From an uncultured virus (IMG/VR IMGVR_UViG_3300021335_000006) (lineage: Duplodnaviria > Heunggongvirae > Uroviricota > Caudoviricetes): a stretch of 64,000 nucleotides of DNA. The notes beneath the pieces are model-generated. The model saw only the letters and a list, made by a program, of their open reading frames with translations. It searched no databases and was not told where the DNA came from. Below, in pieces: positions 22,882 through 31,050 of this stretch (the first letter of the stretch is position 1; each line of letters begins with the position of its first letter). The position numbers and the translations under genes were made by a program. The stretch covers positions 1 to 64,000 of the IMG/VR virus record IMGVR_UViG_3300021335_000006; one strand, written 5' to 3'.

Positions 22882-25589
22882 TGGCTACAATTTTTCGTGG
22901 ACTAAATGTTAATCGATTCCTCAATGATGTCGATGATAAAGACGAGGCTTTACAAAATTTGGGAATCAATATCCAAGATCTCGATGCTATTCGAGGGATT
23001 AGCGATGTTGTAAGTGGCGTGGAGCTTCGTCTTCTAGCGGGTCTACAGGACGATCAGCGTAAAGAATTTGTGTCTCTCGCCGAATCAGCAAAAGAGGTGG
23101 GTGGACGATTAGAGTCTCTGCAAGATTTCAGAAACCCGTTCGACTTTAACTTGACAATCGACAACAAGTTGTCTGGGTCTGCGATTAAGTATAACTATCT
23201 TGATCTTTCCGATATTTTAAATCCCGTACAAAAGTCTGCTGACATTTCCACATCGAGAATTTCTTCTTGGTCATCAACTGAGCCCGGTAAGATATTCTAC
23301 GGTGGCGAGCTACTAGTTACTGGAGACAAGATAGAACTAGGTAGCTTTAGGCTTACACAAGCGCCCATTCAAAAAACTTTCAGAGCGGAAGTTGCTACAC
23401 ATGAAATTGCTTTGAAGTTTACAGCGGCCGGAGGGGGCACTGTACAAAGAACTGCATATGCCATGAAGGGAATTCCACTTCAATTTGATGCGTTTTTTAA
23501 AGATGCTGATTTCCGTAGCGCTGTGAATAGCGGAGGTCTTACTGATGGATTGGGAACGATTCCCGCCACTTGGAGAATTGTCAACGAAGATAACGGATTT
23601 AGCTACGACTCTGGTGATGGTACGATCAAAGCCCCAATCGGAACAGGAACTGTAGCGTCACCAGGCGTATATACATTTCGAGATCCGGGCGCAAAAGCAA
23701 GAAAGATTGAGTTCTTTTATCCGCCGGATAGAATTTTACGTCTTGACATTACAGGTGTAAATTTGAGCGACTGGCCTAGTGTAAGTATCAGTAACTTAGA
23801 ATACTTAGATATCAGACTAAACGATTTTTTTGAGATGCCTAAGTTCGGTCAGGGTACAGGCGCTTACGGATCTATTACAACTAACGTTGCTCTTGCGCCA
23901 AATCTTCAAACGCTTATACTCACAGGCAATAATATGAGTAGAGCGCTAGATTCTAACGGCGATCAAGTTACAGCAAATGTGCAACTACAATATCTTCCTA
24001 CTACTCTTACGTCATTAACGATGAATGGTACGTTTTCAGATAGTGAAGTAATTGATCTCCGTTATCTGACCAATTTAACAACGATATCAATGGATACTTT
24101 TTATACTCGTGATGCCGCTCGTGCGATGACTGGCTCGACGGATACCGATCTCGCTAACGCTGCGGAGCCTAAAAACGGCACTTCGCCAAGAGTTCACCCA
24201 GGAATCGTAAGCTATAATGTTACAAGACAGCCTTATTCTAGACTTGCAGACGGAGTATGCGATTCTACTACATTGAGTAGACTTGATATTACTTTATGCG
24301 ATATTGTAAGAAGAGAAACTGCGAGAGACAACAACAACGCAGACGTTCCTAATGCGTCAGCTTCGCCTATACAAAAAGCGTTGACAATTGCATCTCCAAC
24401 TATTGATTATTTCTACTCATATAGTAATAGTCATAACATTGTTAACTTCAATAGCAATACCTCTATTTTTTATTATTGGCACAGATACTCCAGAGGTTTG
24501 CCCACTTTTAGTGATTCGGAATCAGTAGCTACTGTTGGGCTGGGTCAGCAACCAGCGGGAGAAGCACAAGGCGCTGGACGCACATTGAATACTAAAATTC
24601 AAGGTTGCACTAACTTATACTATATGAATTTCTATGCAACAGACTGCGAAGACGATATAGAAAATACATTCTCTAATCTACCTAGACTTTATCGATTTGA
24701 TACTAGATGGTCTAGAATGTATGGTAGATTTAGCTCCGACTCTTTCGTGGGTACTCCTAACATGGGAGTATTCTTAGTCTCAGGAAGTCTACACGGAAAC
24801 CCAAGCTATCCGAATCCAGATCTTGCAAGAGATGATTTTTTCAGTGTAAATACTGGCGCACCTGATGCCGGAACTATTTTTGAAAAAACACCCAACTTCG
24901 GATATCTTTACTGCTATAATAACATTAACATTGGTGGCGATCTTCCAGACTTAAGCACTAACACTAATCTGAGAGTTATCTATATTCGTAACACATCGTT
25001 TGGTACTAGGTTGAATGATGTTCCTAGTGCACCGCTGCCTTCTTTTGCCGCAAACTTTAGACTGTACTATCTAAGAGCGGATTACAACAAGTTTACTGGG
25101 GCGTGTCCAGCCTTTGATTCGAACGGATTATACTATCTATTCTTGGCTGGAAATAGATTCACATCACTTCCAGCATTTAGTGGAACTAATATTCGATATG
25201 TTTACTTACAGCAAAACGATATTGGTGGGAACGGATCGAAAACTGGTGTTACTACAGGCGCTATTATTCCTACATACGATCAGTGTCCTAGACTATTACG
25301 TCTTTATCTAAACCAAAATGAATTTACTGGATATACTGCAGGAGCAATTGCATCTAACTTGATTATCCAAACAATCGACTTCAGTAACAATAACTTGACT
25401 GCATCTGACGGTGTAAACATTATCAATGATCTTGCGGCTAATTATAATGCGAACCCGAGAGGGGGAGTTTCAGTTAATCTGATTAACCAAAATGGTCTGA
25501 CGGAATCAGCGATTCTTGGTGATCAGTCTGCTGGACCCAATCTAAGTTTCTTAAGATCAGTCGGCTGGTCTATTCAGTTATCACCGTAA
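22881..25589 (+). CDS. Leucine-rich-repeat protein, probably virion-associated
   Basis: Repeated LxxLxLxxNx(F/L) units: LEYLDIRLNDF, LQTLILTGNNM, LYYLRADYNKFTG, LYYLFLAGNRFT, LLRLYLNQNEFTG, IQTIDFSNNNLT. Confidence 0.8.
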   Translation: MATIFRGLNVNRFLNDVDDKDEALQNLGINIQDLDAIRGISDVVSGVELRLLAGLQDDQRKEFVSLAESAKEVGGRLESLQDFRNPFDFNLTIDNKLSGSAIKYNYLDLSDILNPVQKSADISTSRISSWSSTEPGKIFYGGELLVTGDKIELGSFRLTQAPIQKTFRAEVATHEIALKFTAAGGGTVQRTAYAMKGIPLQFDAFFKDADFRSAVNSGGLTDGLGTIPATWRIVNEDNGFSYDSGDGTIKAPIGTGTVASPGVYTFRDPGAKARKIEFFYPPDRILRLDITGVNLSDWPSVSISNLEYLDIRLNDFFEMPKFGQGTGAYGSITTNVALAPNLQTLILTGNNMSRALDSNGDQVTANVQLQYLPTTLTSLTMNGTFSDSEVIDLRYLTNLTTISMDTFYTRDAARAMTGSTDTDLANAAEPKNGTSPRVHPGIVSYNVTRQPYSRLADGVCDSTTLSRLDITLCDIVRRETARDNNNADVPNASASPIQKALTIASPTIDYFYSYSNSHNIVNFNSNTSIFYYWHRYSRGLPTFSDSESVATVGLGQQPAGEAQGAGRTLNTKIQGCTNLYYMNFYATDCEDDIENTFSNLPRLYRFDTRWSRMYGRFSSDSFVGTPNMGVFLVSGSLHGNPSYPNPDLARDDFFSVNTGAPDAGTIFEKTPNFGYLYCYNNINIGGDLPDLSTNTNLRVIYIRNTSFGTRLNDVPSAPLPSFAANFRLYYLRADYNKFTGACPAFDSNGLYYLFLAGNRFTSLPAFSGTNIRYVYLQQNDIGGNGSKTGVTTGAIIPTYDQCPRLLRLYLNQNEFTGYTAGAIASNLIIQTIDFSNNNLTASDGVNIINDLAANYNANPRGGVSVNLINQNGLTESAILGDQSAGPNLSFLRSVGWSIQLSP

Positions 25590-25602
25590 GCGGAATACGA
25601 AA

Positions 25603-26943
25603 ATGGCTCAAGGATTTGTAATACAAAATAACTTCTTTGAAAGTGACACGGGCGCTTCGGACAGAGGCATCCTTGATAACTTAGGAGGAAGCGGTATCAC
25701 GAATGATATCCTTTTGTTCGATGGAAATCTTCGTGCTGTTAGTTCAATCAAAGCAGTAGAGAGTCCTACGATTGCAGTAACTGATTTTGTTTTTACCGCA
25801 CCCAATACAATCGTATCAAATACAGCAAACTTCCTCGTACTCAATGATGGCGACACAATAGTCATATCTGAAACAGTAGACGGTCTGAATGATGGGACGT
25901 TTACTGTCAGTGGACAGCCGCAACAAACTACTTTGACTGTTGCGGGAACTTCTGGTGGTGACGCTCAAGATATTGTAACGTCTTCTGGAGAAGGAACAAT
26001 CGTTGGGCCTAATGCACCCAACTATGAAGTCGTAGATGGTGAGATTGTAATCATAGGAGAAGGTATTGTTCCATACGCTGAAGGAACTTTGGTGTCCTAT
26101 GCGAATGAGGGTGAGGCAGATGAATTTACTTACAAATATCGAGCAACTGACTCTGATACGCTTACTCGATTTTCTCTGATCGATACAACAACAGATCTTC
26201 CCTTTGTTCCGACTGCGCCGTTTAAAAACATTAATCGATCAGACTCTATTACGCAAAGCGATCTGTTTAACTTAAACACGCCCCGACCGGATACTGGAGT
26301 AGCATTTCTCGAAGGTAATAGTCAAGACGATGAAGAAGGCGCACCGGGCGCTGACGGTGAAAATGAAGCAACTGGGTCTACATCGCTGTTTGATCAGTTT
26401 AGTCTAGGGGAGCAGATTGCCTATATTCAAGAAAGAATTTCTCTGTTTGCATATAAGAGAGGTCGAGTTCCTATTACAAATAAGGATACTCTTTTAAACG
26501 CAAACGTCACTTTTGATGGTAGTATCTCTCTCGCAAACTTTAGTGGAATAAACTTAGAAATATCGAACCCAAGTCCACCTCCAGCCAACATAGTGAATCC
26601 CGCAGCACCTGGTTTGTTCATTCGAGGAATTGATGGCACTGCAATTAAAGCGTTTACAGATTTGTCAAATCCTTGGGGAGCGGATAACCCAAGTCCGACA
26701 CCTGGTCCTAATGTTGCTACTGATAGGCTCTTTACGGAACAAGATGCTGATGGTATTAATATTGTTGACGTTCAGATTAACAAGCTTAGCTTTAAACCTA
26801 CTACGGGAAATCAGCCAGAGTTTATTTTCAACAGTGGAGTTGGCGTAGTGTCTGTGTCTACAATTAATATCAACGATTACACGCACAAGCTCCCCGCTAC
26901 GATTAACGGGGAACTTTACTACTTGCTATTACAATCTGCTTAA
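25603..26943 (+). CDS. Hypothetical virion protein
   Basis: 446-aa ORF with a GGA ribosome-binding site; N-terminus GF....N......ILDNLG resembles the flanking genes; C-terminus YTHKLPATINGELYYLLL. Confidence 0.7.
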   Translation: MAQGFVIQNNFFESDTGASDRGILDNLGGSGITNDILLFDGNLRAVSSIKAVESPTIAVTDFVFTAPNTIVSNTANFLVLNDGDTIVISETVDGLNDGTFTVSGQPQQTTLTVAGTSGGDAQDIVTSSGEGTIVGPNAPNYEVVDGEIVIIGEGIVPYAEGTLVSYANEGEADEFTYKYRATDSDTLTRFSLIDTTTDLPFVPTAPFKNINRSDSITQSDLFNLNTPRPDTGVAFLEGNSQDDEEGAPGADGENEATGSTSLFDQFSLGEQIAYIQERISLFAYKRGRVPITNKDTLLNANVTFDGSISLANFSGINLEISNPSPPPANIVNPAAPGLFIRGIDGTAIKAFTDLSNPWGADNPSPTPGPNVATDRLFTEQDADGINIVDVQINKLSFKPTTGNQPEFIFNSGVGVVSVSTININDYTHKLPATINGELYYLLLQSA

Positions 26944-29448
26944 TTACTGTATTAGTAGATTAAAAGTTGCGCCTTCATATTCGATAGGAACAACATTATT
27001 CGCTGTTGTTGTTCCTCCCAGAAGTGTTACAGTTGAACCAGATGGATCATCAATTTCTAATTCACTAAATGCTAGTTTACACGCAACGTTTGCGGGGGTG
27101 TCTGTACTATTTGTTCCCACTTTTAAATTTGGATTAGATGCTGTGGTGCTGAGTCCAGTATTTGTTCCAGCGAAAGGAGGTGCTGTGTTTAGTGGAATAA
27201 CACAAAACTCTTTTGATTGTCCGCCTGGGTTGAATGATTGACTAATAAATACGATAGTCACGTTCGTTGGAATATCTTCCGAAGTGGGCGAGCTTAACGT
27301 AATATCAGTACCATTGACAACAGTAAGTGTAACATTACTTGCTGCTGGAATTGCATCTCCAAATTGAACGTAATCACCATTGGTTAAGCCAGCAGTATCT
27401 GTCAATGTTAAAGTTGACGATCCCGAAGGTAAGAATGTAGCTGGCGAGGCTACAACCAACTCTTTTCCTAATACACCTTCGCATGGAATGATAGCAGTTT
27501 GATCTTTTAATCCCGCATTGGAGTAAACTGCAACCACGTATGTTGATGTTCCGAAAGAAGACACACCTGGTAGATTTGTGTCTACGGGAGTTGTCATCGT
27601 AACAGCACCTGCGACATCACTCGGATCTGGCGTAGCATTAGGTCCAAGTGGAGATCCCGCAACAATACTTCCTGCTGATGCCGTCTGAGCATATCCGATA
27701 ACAAGCATGTTTCTTTCAATCGGAGTATAAGTTCCAGTAATATCTCCAGAAACGCTAATCGAAGGAGTCGGGCCTCCAGTAATTTGAGTGACACTACCCG
27801 TTGATCCATTGTAATTGTATAGACCAATCAATCCTGCATTGTCGAAAAACACAACATCATAGACCCCATCTAACGCAAACGGGCCGAACGTAGGATTTGT
27901 ATCGTCTGTATCGACGTAAACGATGTCAAGCCCAGTAATCGGATCTTCTTGCACACTGAACACCTGGTAAACATAACTAGATCCTTGACCAAGATCAATT
28001 AGCATCCAAGTGCCTTCTTTAATATCGCTGTTGATAGCGGTCGCACATTCAAGTCGCCCAAATCCTCTGTGCGTGACTGAAACTCCACCCAGTGTTTTTT
28101 CCGCCGCTGTTTGGGGTGGAGTGTAGTCTAGTAGTAAAACTCCGTTTACATCGAGTTGCTCAGACATGTCTTGATTGATGGGCCGGGCTCTTACGTCTTC
28201 GAATACTTTGTAGCTGTACTGACTAAAAGTTTGATTACCCGCAGGTATAGAGTATACGTCAGTAAAGGGAAATCTATCATCGTTTCCTTGATCTTCAAGT
28301 AAAACCTTTGAGCGATACACTTTGTTGTCGGTTGCCGGAGTCTCGCCGGGTCGAATTGACAATTCAGATGGACGTGGGAACCAGTAAGTCAATCTTATCT
28401 TGGTTCTTTGTCCAAGCCTCGGACGAGTGATATAAATTATTCCTGTCCTAACTTCTTGAATACCAACTTCGAAGTAATGATAAAGAATTGTCTGTCCTCC
28501 ACCCCCTCCAACAAAATCAAGATCCCCTTCGACGGTGATTGTTTGAGCGACTTCATCAATTGCAGTTACAGTATATTCTGTGTTTGGATCATATGTACCG
28601 CCTGGGTTTGTGGTGATAACATCTCCGCTAGCTACGTATCGAATATCATCTCCGTAGTTTAAGACAGTAGATGATCCATCATAAGCAGTTTGGACAGTGA
28701 CATTACCTATTGGTATTTCTCGTGTTTGATCGTAAATGTTCTTCTTTGTTATCCAGTTACCGTCATTCAAGGTATCTTCTTCTACTAAAAACATACCTGT
28801 TGTTTCAAAAACGAAACTGAAGTCACTGGACATATATCCCGTCCATTGTATTAGACCATATGCATCCGGAAATGTTGGGTGCAACTTTCCATCAAAAGAA
28901 AAAATACCTCTATCCCAAAAGAATTCTGGCCCAATAATATCTCGTCTTAAAAATGGATGACCTGGCTCTACAGCGGGATCTGGTACATAAGTCGAGAATA
29001 GATTTCCTGTTCCGACTAAATCGTCTTTATCCGTTACAGCGACTGCTTGACTATTTCCAGTTGTTGTTGCAGATGCTGTTGGAGTTACCCGAGTAGAAGG
29101 AACAAAGTTTGCTAAAAATCCGTCACCTCCACCAATAAATGGTGGATCACCAAAGATTGTTTGGAAGTTACTAATGAAATCTTGGATTCTTAGAAGCGGT
29201 GTTACTGGAAGATTAGCACCATCTGAAAGTCGAGTAAATGTTACGACTCTACCATCTAGCTCTCGAAAGTCATCTGGACTAATCGCAGTGTTTCTCAGTC
29301 CGTCGATGATTAGCAAATCGTCTGGAATAAATCCATCTCCGGACACTGAGATATTATCTAGCAGATTCGTGAGAGCCGATATTGGATTCGAGAGATCAGC
29401 TAAATTTTTATCTGCTCTCAATCCAAACTTTTGATATTTTCTAGACAT
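26944..29448 (-). CDS. Hypothetical virion protein on the opposite strand
   Basis: 834-aa ORF, the only long minus-strand ORF. N-terminus FGLRADKNLADL...ALTNL resembles the N-terminus of 22881..25589. It has its own late promoter box at 29482-29489. Confidence 0.8.
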   Translation of the reverse strand: MSRKYQKFGLRADKNLADLSNPISALTNLLDNISVSGDGFIPDDLLIIDGLRNTAISPDDFRELDGRVVTFTRLSDGANLPVTPLLRIQDFISNFQTIFGDPPFIGGGDGFLANFVPSTRVTPTASATTTGNSQAVAVTDKDDLVGTGNLFSTYVPDPAVEPGHPFLRRDIIGPEFFWDRGIFSFDGKLHPTFPDAYGLIQWTGYMSSDFSFVFETTGMFLVEEDTLNDGNWITKKNIYDQTREIPIGNVTVQTAYDGSSTVLNYGDDIRYVASGDVITTNPGGTYDPNTEYTVTAIDEVAQTITVEGDLDFVGGGGGQTILYHYFEVGIQEVRTGIIYITRPRLGQRTKIRLTYWFPRPSELSIRPGETPATDNKVYRSKVLLEDQGNDDRFPFTDVYSIPAGNQTFSQYSYKVFEDVRARPINQDMSEQLDVNGVLLLDYTPPQTAAEKTLGGVSVTHRGFGRLECATAINSDIKEGTWMLIDLGQGSSYVYQVFSVQEDPITGLDIVYVDTDDTNPTFGPFALDGVYDVVFFDNAGLIGLYNYNGSTGSVTQITGGPTPSISVSGDITGTYTPIERNMLVIGYAQTASAGSIVAGSPLGPNATPDPSDVAGAVTMTTPVDTNLPGVSSFGTSTYVVAVYSNAGLKDQTAIIPCEGVLGKELVVASPATFLPSGSSTLTLTDTAGLTNGDYVQFGDAIPAASNVTLTVVNGTDITLSSPTSEDIPTNVTIVFISQSFNPGGQSKEFCVIPLNTAPPFAGTNTGLSTTASNPNLKVGTNSTDTPANVACKLAFSELEIDDPSGSTVTLLGGTTTANNVVPIEYEGATFNLLIQ

Positions 29449-29481
29449 AGGAATCCATTTTGTTAAATGAAAGGTTTATTG

Positions 29482-29493
29482 TATTTATAAATA
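29482..29493. promoter_or_regulatory. Overlapping divergent T4-type late promoters (palindrome TATTTATAAATA)
   Basis: TATAAATA on + (29486-29493) and on - (29482-29489), in the 71-bp gap between divergent genes. Confidence 0.85.
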
Positions 29494-29519
29494 TAATCAT
29501 GATTACTTAGGAGATCCCA

Positions 29520-29852
29520 ATGGCTATCAAAGCAAATCTTGTCGTTGATCAAGGCACAGATTTTTCAGCAACTATTGACGTTACAGATATCGACGGCGAA
29601 GTTTTTGATTTGTCGGGATATACAGTTGCCGCACAAATGCGTAAAAACTATGCGTCAACAACAGCGATCACATTCAGCGCCGCCCAAACCGGAGCAACGG
29701 GTCAGATCACGCTGGCATTAAACTCTGCACAGACAGTAGATATCGTTCCGGGTCGTTACCTATATGATGTAGAGATGACTTCTTTGGGTGGAGACATCAC
29801 AAGAGTTGTAGAAGGAGTTGTGACAGTTACACCGGGTATCACTAGAATTTAA
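29520..29852 (+). CDS. Small conserved T4-like virion protein (Ig-like adaptor)
   Basis: ANLVVDQGTDFS...DLSGYT..AQMRK.Y...GRYLYDVE....TRVVEG.VTVTPGIT is a recurrent small gene in marine T4-like tail modules; AGGAG ribosome-binding site and late promoter upstream. Confidence 0.75.
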   Translation: MAIKANLVVDQGTDFSATIDVTDIDGEVFDLSGYTVAAQMRKNYASTTAITFSAAQTGATGQITLALNSAQTVDIVPGRYLYDVEMTSLGGDITRVVEGVVTVTPGITRI

Positions 29853-29863
29853 GGTAAGCTATA

Positions 29864-30271
29864 ATGGGAAATATTAAAGCTACAGTAGCCCCAAGAAAGA
29901 ATATTGTCGTAACAAACTACACCGCTGGAGCAAGCGGTGGTGGACTTGGACTTAATAATGGTGGATTTACAACTGAAAATATTCTTCCTAATCAAGTGCT
30001 CGATTCCTTTGATCTTAATACAGTTAGATTTGCTAAGTATGCGATTCAAGGAACATACAACAACGAAATTCATGTGCTGGAGTTGAATCTTACACATGAC
30101 GGAACTGAAACTTTTATTAGTGTCTACGGTGAGATATTGAGTGATCCTGTACAACCATTGTTCACCTTTGACGCAGATATTGACACAAACTCAAATGAAG
30201 TAAGGCTTCTTGTTAGCCCGCTTTTTGTAGGAACTTCAATTAAATTTAGTCGAATAGAAGTTTTAGTATAA
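29864..30271 (+). CDS. Small fibre-associated protein consisting mainly of an HDG-type domain
   Basis: DSFD....RFAKYAIQ...ELNLTHDG...YGEI...LFTFDADI...VRLL is homologous by eye to the C-terminal ~90 aa of 33588..37217. Confidence 0.7.
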   Translation: MGNIKATVAPRKNIVVTNYTAGASGGGLGLNNGGFTTENILPNQVLDSFDLNTVRFAKYAIQGTYNNEIHVLELNLTHDGTETFISVYGEILSDPVQPLFTFDADIDTNSNEVRLLVSPLFVGTSIKFSRIEVLV

Positions 30272-30274
30272 ATA
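30267..30274 (+). promoter_or_regulatory. T4-type late promoter TATAAATA
   Basis: Exact consensus overlapping the stop codon of 29864..30271, ~30 nt before the next start. Confidence 0.8.
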
Positions 30275-30289
30275 ATTCATAAGGTCAAC

Positions 30290-30308
30290 GGGGAGAGGGA
30301 ACCTTGGC
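30290..30308 (+). promoter_or_regulatory. Conserved translation-initiation leader, copy 1 (GGGGAGAGGGAACC-TTG-GC)
   Basis: Matches 37241-37260; precedes a TTG start. Confidence 0.6.
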
Positions 30309-31005
30309 TACGTTTCAAGATTTTATTGTAAAAAATGGTCTTGTTGTCAATAATGGCGCAACGATCAGTCAGGCTGTTACTATCGGACAGGATGCGACAA
30401 TCAACGGTATTACTGTTGGTGAAGGTCCAGTTGCGAACAATCTTGTATACGGCGTATCTCCTCTAGCAAATAATGTCTCTGGACAAAATAACATTGCTAT
30501 TGGAAATAACGCTGGGCAAGCGGTCACTGGATCAAACAACGTCATTATTGGTAATTTCAACGGAAACTCTAATGGGCTTGACATTTCATCGTCAAGTGGG
30601 AATGTTGTTTTAGCGGATGGATTAGGTGTTCCAAGACTCCTCGTAGACTCTCAAGGTCGTGTCGGGATTAATAATCTCAGCCCAACTGTTGAACTCGAAG
30701 TTGGTGGAGACGTAAAAGCAACAAACATTGAAGCATCTACGCTAAACTTAACAGGAGATATCACTGTTGGTGGAACAATCAACGCTGATGACTTCTTATT
30801 TACTGGGCCTTTCTTCACTCTGAATGAAGATCTTTCTAATCAAGTTGTTCCCTTCGAAGACGCTGGCTTGATTGTAAATCGTGGTGCTGAGCCTGATGTC
30901 TCGTTCTTTTGGGATGAAGACAATGATTACTGGACTACAGGGACTGATCCCAACACTGCTCAATTAGCTGAACTTGAAGCATATATTGACGGTGGAATCT
31001 ATTAA
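30304..31005 (+). CDS. Short fibre/adaptor protein (TTG start)
   Basis: Strong purine-rich ribosome-binding site before TTG; N-terminal FIVKNGL; NNIAIG/NNVIIG repeats, GRVGINNLSP, AGLIVNRG...WDE..DYW; ends IDGGIY. Confidence 0.75.
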   Translation: MATFQDFIVKNGLVVNNGATISQAVTIGQDATINGITVGEGPVANNLVYGVSPLANNVSGQNNIAIGNNAGQAVTGSNNVIIGNFNGNSNGLDISSSSGNVVLADGLGVPRLLVDSQGRVGINNLSPTVELEVGGDVKATNIEASTLNLTGDITVGGTINADDFLFTGPFFTLNEDLSNQVVPFEDAGLIVNRGAEPDVSFFWDEDNDYWTTGTDPNTAQLAELEAYIDGGIY

Positions 31006-31050
31006 TACATTTTTTAGCGCCTAAAGCAATTATACAGGTAAAGAGACATT

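Noticed and set aside
30269..30306. Gene-60-like ribosomal bypass fusing the HDG gene to the next gene (also 37215-37258)
   Set aside because: No matching GTA landing codon exists in the downstream frame ahead of the start in either gap. A good Shine-Dalgarno site and, in copy 1, a late promoter support independent initiation.
31013..31025. Short inverted repeat TTTAG-CGC-CTAAA as a terminator
   Set aside because: The stem is weak and AT-rich with no downstream U-tract on the coding strand.
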